Assembly (NCBI GenBank): GCA_016186945.1
Contig: JACPKR010000032.1
Span: 10,198-74,197, forward strand
Direction of reading: 5' to 3'
DNA from: Deltaproteobacteria bacterium
GTDB lineage: Bacteria > Bdellovibrionota_B > Oligoflexia > Oligoflexales > Bog-1112
Length of the DNA: 64,000 nt
The notes beneath the pieces are model-generated. The model made no database searches and was not told where the DNA came from. It was given only the letters and a program-made list of their open reading frames with translations. The position numbers were made by a program, and so were the translations under genes. This document shows, piece after piece, positions 1-8,470 of the stretch; the stretch's first letter is position 1, and each line of letters starts with the position of its first letter.

Positions 1-994
<994 letters not shown>

Positions 995-1085
995 CTTGAA
1001 CTCCTTAAAAAATACAAAAATAGTGTTGCCAAAGGAATCTCGGCTAACGAATGACTTCATACCGCAAGATATCCTGCAAAGGAAA

Positions 1086-1113
1086 ACATAGGGTGAAAGA
1101 AAAAGTTGTCAAG
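1086..1113 (-). promoter_or_regulatory. Candidate heat-shock (sigma-32-like) or sigma-70 promoter of groES-groEL
   Basis: The minus strand reads CTTGACA-N13-CCCTATGT. This resembles sigma-32 CTTGAAA-N13-15-CCCCATNT, and can also be read as TTGACA-N16-TATGTT. It lies about 95 nt upstream of groES. No CIRCE palindrome was seen. Confidence 0.3.
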
Positions 1114-1117
1114 GGAA

Positions 1118-1136
1118 CGGAAAAAAATTTTTTCCG
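1118..1136 (-). terminator. A/T-rich perfect palindrome (CGGAAAAAAATTTTTTCCG) just after the stop of the 1141..1932 gene
   Basis: Read directly. The stem is weak (mostly A-T), so terminator function is uncertain. Confidence 0.3.
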
Positions 1137-1140
1137 CGTT

Positions 1141-1932
1141 TCAGAAGGAAAGAATAGCGCGACGTTCCCAGGGAAGACTTTCGCGGCTGGAATAAACTGG
1201 TTCCTGGAAGACTTTCACAACCTCCCTCAGGAAAAAACTCGGAGCTCTGATAACAGAATTTTCCCCAATCTCAATCTCAATCATTTCCTGATCTTTCCGT
1301 TCGGGTACGAAGACAAGAGACATTTCCCCTAATCCCGGGGGCGCACGGTGGACGATATAAAAGCTGTTCACGTCCTTCCACCTCAATGCGTAGCTTTTTG
1401 TCCTTGTCCGCACAAGGATTCCGTCGACCCCAATGGTCACATCCCGGATGGATCTGAAATAAGCTACGAAAATCACCACCCACGGAACTCCCACCAACAA
1501 CAAAAACAGCAGAAAAGAGATCAAGGGTGTGGTCAGGATAATGTATTTTCTGGCAAGGTTGGAGACAGAAAGAAAAATCGCACACCCTATAAGCCCCAAG
1601 AATGAGGCATTAATAACGTTCCGAGGATGTGCCAAAAAGCGCCTCGCTCCGGAAGGTAATAAATCGGTAAAATACTCACGCTCCCTTTCTTCAATAAATG
1701 ACTTGTGGAAAAAGAGCATGGCAGCCTCATCCTCGGGATCCACCTCAATGATCTTCCGCCACGTGCTGGCTTCGTCCTCAAACCTCCCCTGGCAGGAGTA
1801 CAAAAACGCCTTTAATTTCAAAGCTTCCAAATTTCGAGGGCCCAATTCAAGGATCCCGTCCAAACTTGTCTGGGCCTCCTCAAATTCGCCTCGATCGATC
1901 AAGGACCTTATGTCTTCAACGCGTTTAACCAT
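1141..1932 (-). CDS. TPR-like / two-TM membrane protein of unknown function (263 aa)
   Basis: ORF-track ORF 1141..2118 trimmed, because its first 62 codons (MGKPRGARRWFGGNCAAGSSKK...) are read-through of a MITE copy. MVKRVEDIRSLIDRGEFEEAQ starts at ATG 1932. It has N-terminal TPR-like helices and two hydrophobic helices (FLGLIGCAIFLSV, LISFLLFLLLVGVPWVVIFVAYF). Confidence 0.6.
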   Translation of the reverse strand: MVKRVEDIRSLIDRGEFEEAQTSLDGILELGPRNLEALKLKAFLYSCQGRFEDEASTWRKIIEVDPEDEAAMLFFHKSFIEEREREYFTDLLPSGARRFLAHPRNVINASFLGLIGCAIFLSVSNLARKYIILTTPLISFLLFLLLVGVPWVVIFVAYFRSIRDVTIGVDGILVRTRTKSYALRWKDVNSFYIVHRAPPGLGEMSLVFVPERKDQEMIEIEIGENSVIRAPSFFLREVVKVFQEPVYSSRESLPWERRAILSF

Positions 1933-1977
1933 CGCTCTACTGATCGGAAAAGAGAGAGGAAGATTGAGCTGGCGGAG

Positions 1978-2121
1978 GTAATGCGTAAGCCACTTGGGGC
2001 AAATAGGGAGAGGGGGGGTTGGGGGGGCGATGGAAGCGTCGCCTCCCCCGGATTTCTTGGAGGAACCAGCTGCGCAGTTTCCTCCAAACCACCTCCTTGC
2101 CCCACGTGGCTTACCCATTAC
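1978..2121 (-). mobile_element. MITE-like element, full copy (reverse orientation) with perfect 9-bp TSD CTGGCGGAG
   Basis: GTAATGCGTAAGCCACTTGGGGCAA...TTGCCCCACGTGGCTTACCCATTAC. CTGGCGGAG is present at 1969-1977 and again at 2122-2130. Confidence 0.85.
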
Positions 2122-2132
2122 CTGGCGGAGTT

Positions 2133-2173
2133 AAAAAAAAAGGCACCGCCGAGGTCAGAAAACCTTCGGCGGC
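2133..2173 (-). terminator. Rho-independent terminator of the 2201..2788 gene
   Basis: The minus strand reads GCCGCCGAAGG-TTTTCTGA-CCTCGGCGGTGCC followed by T9. This is about a 9-bp GC-rich stem with one bulge plus a U-tract, 28 nt after the stop codon. Confidence 0.7.
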
Positions 2174-2200
2174 TTCGGGGAGTTCAAGCCGGTGGGGAGC

Positions 2201-2788
2201 TTAACGCTGAAAGCGGTAGTGAAGGTATTGATCGGACTCAATCAAGGATCGGACGTAAAAAATAACCTCACTGCCCGCACCTTTGTGTTCCACATGCAAA
2301 AGCAATGTGAAAGGGTCAGCGTGGAGGATGCCGTCCAGCATGTCAGAAACCTTACGTTTGCAGTTGAGAAAGTTCTGACGTGCCAAAGTCTCAGCTTTTT
2401 CTGCTTCTGTCATTTCCTCATCGTCTTTCAACGTTACAGTCGGGAACGCCTTGCAGAAAGCCTGCGTTTTCATCTTTGACGGGAATAGCAGCTTCATGAC
2501 TTCCTCCCGGGAGCCTTTCTTTAACTCCTGATAGGAGAACGCGGAGACCGAAGCTTCCTGGCCTCCCTGGCTCACCCAATCTCCTTTCACTCGCTTGTAG
2601 GACGCTTCTTCTTTTCCGATGACGGCCTCGTCAACATTCATGACATCTGCGGCCGCGTCGGTCTTCACGACACTATCCCACCGATCTTTTAAATCCTGGA
2701 GGTCTCGGGGACTTGCTTGCGCCTGTAAAGCGCAGAAGGCGAGGAGAGAGACCATTGAGATTCCTGTCATTCCGATTTTGTGTTGCAT
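2201..2788 (-). CDS. Secreted hypothetical protein (195 aa)
   Basis: ORF 2201..2821 trimmed to ATG 2788, which has TAAGGAG 7 nt upstream. Signal-peptide-like MQHKIGMTGISMVSLLAFCALQAQA. No family recognised. Confidence 0.6.
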   Translation of the reverse strand: MQHKIGMTGISMVSLLAFCALQAQASPRDLQDLKDRWDSVVKTDAAADVMNVDEAVIGKEEASYKRVKGDWVSQGGQEASVSAFSYQELKKGSREEVMKLLFPSKMKTQAFCKAFPTVTLKDDEEMTEAEKAETLARQNFLNCKRKVSDMLDGILHADPFTLLLHVEHKGAGSEVIFYVRSLIESDQYLHYRFQR

Positions 2789-2882
2789 TGCAGTACTCCT
2801 TAAAATGAGATGATTAAACACAAAATCATCATGCGAAACTTAGGCTCGACGAGCCAATGACATTTGAGGGATCTTCAGACAA

Positions 2883-3029
2883 GTATTACGTAAGCCACTT
2901 GGGGCAAGGAGGTGGTTTGGAGGAAACTGCGCAGCTGGTTCCTCCAAGAAAAATCTATGGGGGAGCGACGGTTCCCTCTCCCCCCCAAACCCCCCTCTCC
3001 CTATTTGCCCCAAGTGGCTTACGCATTAC
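2883..3029 (+). mobile_element. MITE-like element, full copy abutting the tkt stop codon
   Basis: GTATTACGTAAGCCACTTGGGGCAAGGAGGTGGTTTGGAGGAAACTGCGCAGCTGGTTCCTCC...TTGCCCCAAGTGGCTTACGCATTAC. TCAGACAA(G) is found on both flanks (8-9 bp TSD). Confidence 0.85.
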
Positions 3030-4994
3030 TCAGACAAGAAAATATTCTTTGATTTTCTTGACGACGGATTCCACCGTAAAACCGAATTCCCTTTCAAGAT
3101 CACCGGCAGGTGCTGAAGCTCCAAAGTGGTCGATGCCCACCATAAGTCCTTCTTTTCCGACAAAGCGTTCCCAGCCCAGTGTTGCTCCTGCTTCCAAAGA
3201 TACTCGTTTCCAAGATTCAAAGTGCAAAACCTTGCGTTGGTACTCAGCGCTTTGCTCGAAGAAAAGTTCCCAACAGGGGACTGACACGACTCGTACCTTG
3301 AATTCCGACGAAACCTGCTCTGCCACCCGCAAGGCAAGATCCACTTCGCTACCTGTCGCGAAAAGGATGAGGTCGCAATGATCGTCTTCACCCTTCACGA
3401 TATATGCACCTTTCGTAGCTTCTTCGATATTCCGTCGCTCTAAGGGCAGGTAGGGCACTTTCTGTCTTGTCAGGCAGATACAAGAGGGAGCTTGAAGTGA
3501 AAGTGCATGGCGGAACAGAATTTCCGTCTCGAACGGATCAGCAGGCCGCATGACATACAAGTCGGGAATCGCACGCAGGCTCATCAAATGTTCGATCGGC
3601 TGGTGCGTCGGACCATCTTCTCCCAGGTAAAACGAATCATGCGTGAATTCATGAATGACCCGCACCTTCTGAATGGCCCCGAGACGAATCGCAGGGCGTG
3701 CGTAGTCTGAAAACACAAGAAAGGTTGCCGCGAAGGGGATCAAACCATCATGAAGCGCAATCCCATTGCTGATGGCAGCCATCGGAAATTCACGGACACC
3801 GAAGACGAGGTTGCGTCCCATACGATTCTGTGCGCTAAAGTCTCCCACCTTCTCCTTAAACCACTCTGTCATATTGGACGGCTCTAAGTCTGCACTTCCT
3901 CCGATAAGTTTCGGAAGCACACCGCACCAGCTTTCAAGAAGCTTTCCAAACGCATTGCGCGTCGCCATAGGTTTTGCCATGTCCCACGCAACGGGAGGAA
4001 GTTTTGCGATATCTTCTTCCCCAAAGTAACGGTCCCAGCTTTCGGCAAAGGAGCGATCGCTGCGTTTCTGAGCTAAGTGACTTGTCCATTTCTTGACTTC
4101 GGAACGTCGGGTTGTGAAATTTCTTTGAAAATGACGCTTCGCCTCTTCTGGCCAATAGAACACCTGGTCTGCAGGAAGCCCCAACTTTTCTTTCGTCTTC
4201 TTTAATTCGTCCTTGGGCAAAGGCGCTCCATGCGTTTCATGCTGCCCTTCCATCGTCGCGACTCCATGAGCCATTGTGGTTCGACCGATTATGATTGTGG
4301 GCCTCTCCTGTTCAGATCGAGCAGCCTCGATCGCCTTACGTATTGCCGCATGATCGTGGCCGTCGATGGACAGGACGTTCCACCCAAAGCCTTCGAAAAC
4401 TTTTTCTTCCTTGTCGGATGTTGTGCGAGATATGGAACCGGAAATTTGCTGCGCATTACGATCGTAGTACCAGACAAGATGGGAAAGCCTCAGGTGCCCC
4501 GCTAACGACGCTGAGGCCAAAGTCGGCCCCTCCTGCATACAACCATCGCCCATGATCACCCATGTTTTATGGGAGAAGAATTCCTTACCGAGCACCGCAC
4601 GCAAATGAGTCCCGGCCAGGGCAAAGCCGACGGACATCGCACAGCCCTGACCTAGTGGACCTGTCGTGCATTCCACGCCCGGGGTGAGTACATTTTCCGG
4701 ATGGCCTGGTGTTTGGGAATGGAGCTGGCGAAAACGTTTCAGTTCCTCCATACGCAAGTGCCCCATAGCGTGAAGGAGGGCATATTGCAGCATAGACTCA
4801 TGCCCAGCACTGAGGATGAAACGATCTCGGCCCAACCATTTTACATTGTCGGGATCAAAGCGGAGGTATTCTGTGAATAAGATGTAGGCGAAATCTATGC
4901 TGGAGAGTGCGCCCCCAGGATGGCCTGACTGTGCTTTGTCTACGCCATCGAGGATAATGCCTTTGAGGATATTGATGGTTTCTTGGTCCTTCAT
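3030..4994 (-). CDS. tkt: Transketolase
   Basis: Full-length match to the transketolase architecture (KAQSGHPGGALS TPP motif, GDGCMQEG, HEFTHDS...GEDGPTHQPIEHL). Start at ATG 4994 is preferred: GGAG lies 5 nt upstream, and 22 residues precede SGHPG as in E. coli TktA. ATG 5024 is the alternative. Confidence 0.93.
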   Translation of the reverse strand: MKDQETINILKGIILDGVDKAQSGHPGGALSSIDFAYILFTEYLRFDPDNVKWLGRDRFILSAGHESMLQYALLHAMGHLRMEELKRFRQLHSQTPGHPENVLTPGVECTTGPLGQGCAMSVGFALAGTHLRAVLGKEFFSHKTWVIMGDGCMQEGPTLASASLAGHLRLSHLVWYYDRNAQQISGSISRTTSDKEEKVFEGFGWNVLSIDGHDHAAIRKAIEAARSEQERPTIIIGRTTMAHGVATMEGQHETHGAPLPKDELKKTKEKLGLPADQVFYWPEEAKRHFQRNFTTRRSEVKKWTSHLAQKRSDRSFAESWDRYFGEEDIAKLPPVAWDMAKPMATRNAFGKLLESWCGVLPKLIGGSADLEPSNMTEWFKEKVGDFSAQNRMGRNLVFGVREFPMAAISNGIALHDGLIPFAATFLVFSDYARPAIRLGAIQKVRVIHEFTHDSFYLGEDGPTHQPIEHLMSLRAIPDLYVMRPADPFETEILFRHALSLQAPSCICLTRQKVPYLPLERRNIEEATKGAYIVKGEDDHCDLILFATGSEVDLALRVAEQVSSEFKVRVVSVPCWELFFEQSAEYQRKVLHFESWKRVSLEAGATLGWERFVGKEGLMVGIDHFGASAPAGDLEREFGFTVESVVKKIKEYFLV

Positions 4995-5026
4995 TCTTGC
5001 TCCGTCAAATTCTCCGGGAAACATTA

Positions 5027-5170
5027 CCTTGCGAAGCCGCTTGTGGCAAGGAGGTGGTTGGGAGGAAACTGCGCAGCTGGTTCCTCCCAGAAATCCGGGG
5101 GAGGCGACGCTTCCCTCGCCCCCCCAAACCCCCCTCTCCCTTTTTTGCTGCTCAAGGGGCTAAGCGAAGG
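5027..5170 (+). repeat. Degenerate MITE copy between tkt and the 5152..7008 gene
   Basis: Core GGAGGTGGTTGGGAGGAAACTGCGCAGCTGGTTCCTCCCAGAAATCCGGGGGAGGCGACGCTTCCCTCGCCCCCCCAAACCCCCCTCTCCC is intact. The terminal repeats are mutated (GCGAAGCCGCTTGTGGCAA / TTGCTGCTCAAGGGGCTAAGCGAAGG). Confidence 0.8.
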
Positions 5171-7008
5171 AAGGTTTCGTAACGCTTGTTGAGTTTTTTC
5201 TTGAGGACTGCGGTTTTGCTTTCGCCGACAAGTCTGGCTCCTTGGGTGCTAGCTGCATGAGCGATGAGGGCACTCAATAGAATCAGGGAGCCAAAGGTCC
5301 CCGCAGTCGAGATCGCCCCACGGATATTCAACGTGCGGGCTTCCGGAACTTGGCCTCCAAATTTCGTTCGGATGTCTTCTACAGAAGCTCGCTTTGCCAT
5401 CTCAGCATCGTAGACTCGCTGTTCTTCGGTAAACCTTGCCGTGTTATCTTGAATTGTCTGCTGCCTTTGCAGCACATCGGCGTCGTACTCTTGTCTTCTT
5501 AACTGTAAGCCTTGCTGGGCAGTAACAATCTCTCGTCCTAAGCGTTCCAGTTCCGCTGCGGCCTGTCTCCTCGTTTCCTCCGGCAGTTGAAGGTGCGCAT
5601 CTCGAAGAGTCGTGGCCTGGGCGCCCTCTGCTTGCATGCCGAGAATTTCGAAAGCTTCATAGGCTTTTCCCAGCTCATCGAGTTGCGGCTGCAATCGGGA
5701 TATTTCGTCTGCGGTTTTCCTCATAGTCCCATAAATCTCTCCTCGTTTCTCGTTTCTTTGCGCCGTTTCTTCTTGTGTCTCGCCACGGGGAACAAACCAG
5801 TACGATAAGTGCCATTTTGGCGACTCCAAACGTACAGCTTCTGTCTCAAGCCGAAATTTCTCTTCTTTGAGTCGGTTAATAGCATTCATTCGCGTTGTAT
5901 ATTCGGTATGCATGTGTTCGAACGTCCACTCCATCGGTTCTTTATGTTGTAACGTTGGGGCTGCTTGAAGAAACTGTCTCAAGGCTGTTGTAGCTGCCTG
6001 CTTGTATTGAGCTTCCAACCGGGGCAGGTTCTCCGGGCGCTGTATAAGTTGCCGCTCTCCTTGGATCCGTTGGACTGCTGCTTCCGCTTGTTCGATAGGC
6101 TGCCTGGATACCTCGGGGGGGGCGGGTTGGAGAACTGGTTCCACTGACTGCGTAGGGAGTTCCGCTATAGTCTTATGGTACTTCGCTACCTGTGCTGCCT
6201 CCATGAAGCTTTTCACTGATACCCCGGCGAGGACGAGTGCTGCGATGCCGAGGACTCCGAAGGCGAGAATCGTTGTAGCTCCGATGTTTTGCTTATCGTT
6301 TTGCTCGCCCTCTTCGCCAACGGTTTTAGCTACTTCTTTAGCTTCTCCTCTTTGCATAGCCTTGATGCAGACGATCTTACCCATTCCCACCTGGTTAGCG
6401 ACGACGGTGTCGGTAGCTTCGTCTCCCTCTTCAGGATTCTCCTGATAGTCTCTAAGGTCTTGCAGGACGCCGTCGCAGAGTTTGACGATTTGTTTCTGTC
6501 TTTCATAGTCTTCGACGAGTTGTTTTTCTCTTTCTGGGTCATTGTTTTCTTTTTGCAGGTAGGGGGCGCTTTCTTTCCAGGGGCCACAGTTGAAAAGTGG
6601 GTCTAGCGCGTGTTCTTCTTCGACGCAGGCCTGAACCGAGACTTGGATTTCACCTGACGGCGGGACGGGGTAGTCGAGCCAGTCCAGGTAACTTATGTCC
6701 GGACTGTTTTTCTTGGGTTGGCAAGATTGAGGCTCGCCAAGAGTGCAGATGTAAAACTGAACGTACTCTGCTCTTTCGTTTATTTCCACGGCTATACGAA
6801 GGGCTGCATGACCTTCGATATTTGTTTCTGAGAGTTTAATCTTTTGAATTTTCAATTGGCTGGCATCAACAGCAGATATTTCGGGAAGTACCTGGTCAGT
6901 AGCTGCATCGACTGTCTTGGTTGTACTGCCCCTGTGCCTGGCATCCTTTCTTTGAATCGGTAGGCAGGATGTGAGGAGAATGAATAAGGCAATACCGTAC
7001 GGTTTCAT
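5152..7008 (-). CDS. Large lipoprotein-like membrane protein with long coiled-coil region (618 aa), unknown function
   Basis: Lipobox-like MKPYGIALFILLTSC. Central TM helix (ATTILAFGVLGIAALVLAGVSV), about 300 aa of Q/E/R-rich helical sequence, and a second hydrophobic helix near the C-terminus. The last ~5 codons lie in the degenerate MITE end. Confidence 0.6.
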   Translation of the reverse strand: MKPYGIALFILLTSCLPIQRKDARHRGSTTKTVDAATDQVLPEISAVDASQLKIQKIKLSETNIEGHAALRIAVEINERAEYVQFYICTLGEPQSCQPKKNSPDISYLDWLDYPVPPSGEIQVSVQACVEEEHALDPLFNCGPWKESAPYLQKENNDPEREKQLVEDYERQKQIVKLCDGVLQDLRDYQENPEEGDEATDTVVANQVGMGKIVCIKAMQRGEAKEVAKTVGEEGEQNDKQNIGATTILAFGVLGIAALVLAGVSVKSFMEAAQVAKYHKTIAELPTQSVEPVLQPAPPEVSRQPIEQAEAAVQRIQGERQLIQRPENLPRLEAQYKQAATTALRQFLQAAPTLQHKEPMEWTFEHMHTEYTTRMNAINRLKEEKFRLETEAVRLESPKWHLSYWFVPRGETQEETAQRNEKRGEIYGTMRKTADEISRLQPQLDELGKAYEAFEILGMQAEGAQATTLRDAHLQLPEETRRQAAAELERLGREIVTAQQGLQLRRQEYDADVLQRQQTIQDNTARFTEEQRVYDAEMAKRASVEDIRTKFGGQVPEARTLNIRGAISTAGTFGSLILLSALIAHAASTQGARLVGESKTAVLKKKLNKRYETFLRLAP

Positions 7009-7047
7009 GGATGCTCCTTTGTAGTGTTTGTTTTACTTTATCAGGTA

Positions 7048-7192
7048 GGGCAATAGCAAGGAAGGGAGTTTGAGGGAAAACTTCGCAGATGGTTTCCCTC
7101 AAGGTAATTCTTGGAGGAACCAGCTGCGCAGTTTCCTCCAAACCACCTCCTTGCTCCAAGTGGCTGCTTGTGGCCCGCTTGCCCCAAGCGGG
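7048..7192 (-). repeat. MITE-derived variant (sub-family with GGGCAATAGCAAGGAAGGG module) plus two local hairpins
   Basis: It shares TTCTTGGAGGAACCAGCTGCGCAGTTTCCTCCAAACCACCTCCTTGC with the MITE core, and GGGCAATAGCAAGGAAGGG with the copy at 54953. It contains hairpins TTGAGGGAAAAC...GTTTCCCTCAA and CCCGCTTG-CCC-CAAGCGGG. Confidence 0.7.
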
Positions 7193-7228
7193 TATGTTAT
7201 TATGAACTGAAGGTCAACAGGAACAAAA

Positions 7229-8431
7229 ATGCTGAGCTTTATCCCCCCTCTAAGCAGCCTTTCTCTCATGGTTCTTGGAACCAGCTTTTTCATGACATTT
7301 ATTACCGTTCATTTGAAGCAGCAGATTGCTACTGACTTTGAAATCGGGGTGATCCACGCATCGTACTACGCTGGTATATTGGTCAGCTCGTTTTCTGTCA
7401 CTCGCATGATCCAGACTGTGGGGCACATTCGAGTGATTGCTGCTTTTTGTGGAGTTACGGTAACGGCTACTCTGTTACAGTCTTACCATTATGACGTCAT
7501 TCTTTGGTCAATATGTCGTTTTTTCGCAGGGTATAGTTTGGGGGCGTTTTATATTGGGACACAAAGTTGGATTACCGCAGCGACTGAGAACCACAACCGC
7601 GGCTTTGGTTTGGCTGTCTATACGCTTGTCATTTATTTGGCACAAGCCTTGAGTCAGGAGCTGCTGTTTATCCTGCCTGACGAATCACATGCGCCGTTTA
7701 TTTTAAGTGCGCTCATCGTGGGGCTTGCGGGTGTTCCCGCGTTGTTGATTCCCAGGAATGCTCCCTCTGCTTCTTTTGCAACGCCAGGCAAGTTTCGACA
7801 TTTCTTGAGAATTGAACCGTTTGGAACGAGCACGGCACTTGTTTCTGGGCTGGTATTGTCGGCGATTTACAGTTTCGGACCTGCCTATGCTTTCGTCAGC
7901 GGGGTCAGTGCTCCTCGTTTTATGGGAAGCTTGATCATCGGGGGTGCTGTTCTACAGTGGCCGATAGGAAAGTTGTCTGACAAGGTGCGCCGTCGTAAAG
8001 TTCTCTACGGGGTCATTTTGTTTTCACTGTTACCAGTCTTGTACCTGTTATTTGCGCCTTTAGCACATTGGTCGCTGTACCTTGCTGCTTTTTTTGCAGG
8101 AGGATTTATCGTCAGTTTATATCCGATCGGTGTTTCCATGGTCTATGACTATGTGAAACGGGATGACATTGTACCCTCCACCAGCGCTTTACTTTTTGCA
8201 TACGGGATAGGTTCAGTTGTGGGGCCGGTGATAACCTCGCACTTTACGGAACGGTCGGTAAACTTGCTGTTTTTATATTTGGCACTTTCATTACTCCTTC
8301 TCTTTGGCATTGGGCTGATAACCAGGGAACCAAAGTACTTTATCAATGAAAAGCCGGTAGATTTTATACCCGTCCCCCGTTCCCCCGTCGCGGTCGAGTT
8401 AGAATCACGTGTTTTTGAAGAAAAATTATGA
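7229..8431 (+). CDS. MFS transporter (400 aa, ~12 TM)
   Basis: Hydrophobic throughout with two 6-TM halves, YcaD/YfkF-like in appearance. Substrate unknown. Confidence 0.75.
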   Translation: MLSFIPPLSSLSLMVLGTSFFMTFITVHLKQQIATDFEIGVIHASYYAGILVSSFSVTRMIQTVGHIRVIAAFCGVTVTATLLQSYHYDVILWSICRFFAGYSLGAFYIGTQSWITAATENHNRGFGLAVYTLVIYLAQALSQELLFILPDESHAPFILSALIVGLAGVPALLIPRNAPSASFATPGKFRHFLRIEPFGTSTALVSGLVLSAIYSFGPAYAFVSGVSAPRFMGSLIIGGAVLQWPIGKLSDKVRRRKVLYGVILFSLLPVLYLLFAPLAHWSLYLAAFFAGGFIVSLYPIGVSMVYDYVKRDDIVPSTSALLFAYGIGSVVGPVITSHFTERSVNLLFLYLALSLLLLFGIGLITREPKYFINEKPVDFIPVPRSPVAVELESRVFEEKL

Positions 8432-8470
8432 TACGAAGATAGAGTCTGTAAACTAACGGGGAACATTGAC

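Noticed and set aside
1000-1140. CIRCE (HrcA operator, TTAGCACTC-N9-GAGTGCTAA) upstream of groES.
   Set aside because: TTAGCCGAG...GCAACACTA on the minus strand is not a dyad and matches the consensus poorly.
1981-2265. Many ORF-track entries have recurring peptides: RRWFGGNCAAGSSKKS..., GQGGGLEETAQLVPPRNPGEATLPSPPQTPLSLFAPSGLRIT, EVVWRKLRSWFLQEI and MEEPAAQFPPNHLL. Examples are 1908..2105, 1981..2265, 2019..2204, 2857..3381, 4897..5163, 4983..5192, 4997..5182, 6896..7159, 7099..7293, 7111..7335, 14335..14661, 14484..14675, 14512..14715, 21707..21907, 23830..24063, 36102..36314, 50802..50996, 54803..55102, 54912..55112, 56347..56613, 56377..56589, 56414..56623, 59588..60106 and 61228..61503.
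   Set aside because: They are translations of the stop-poor MITE repeat in various frames and orientations. The same peptides recur at every copy regardless of context, and the ORFs lack SD sequences. They are not a protein family.
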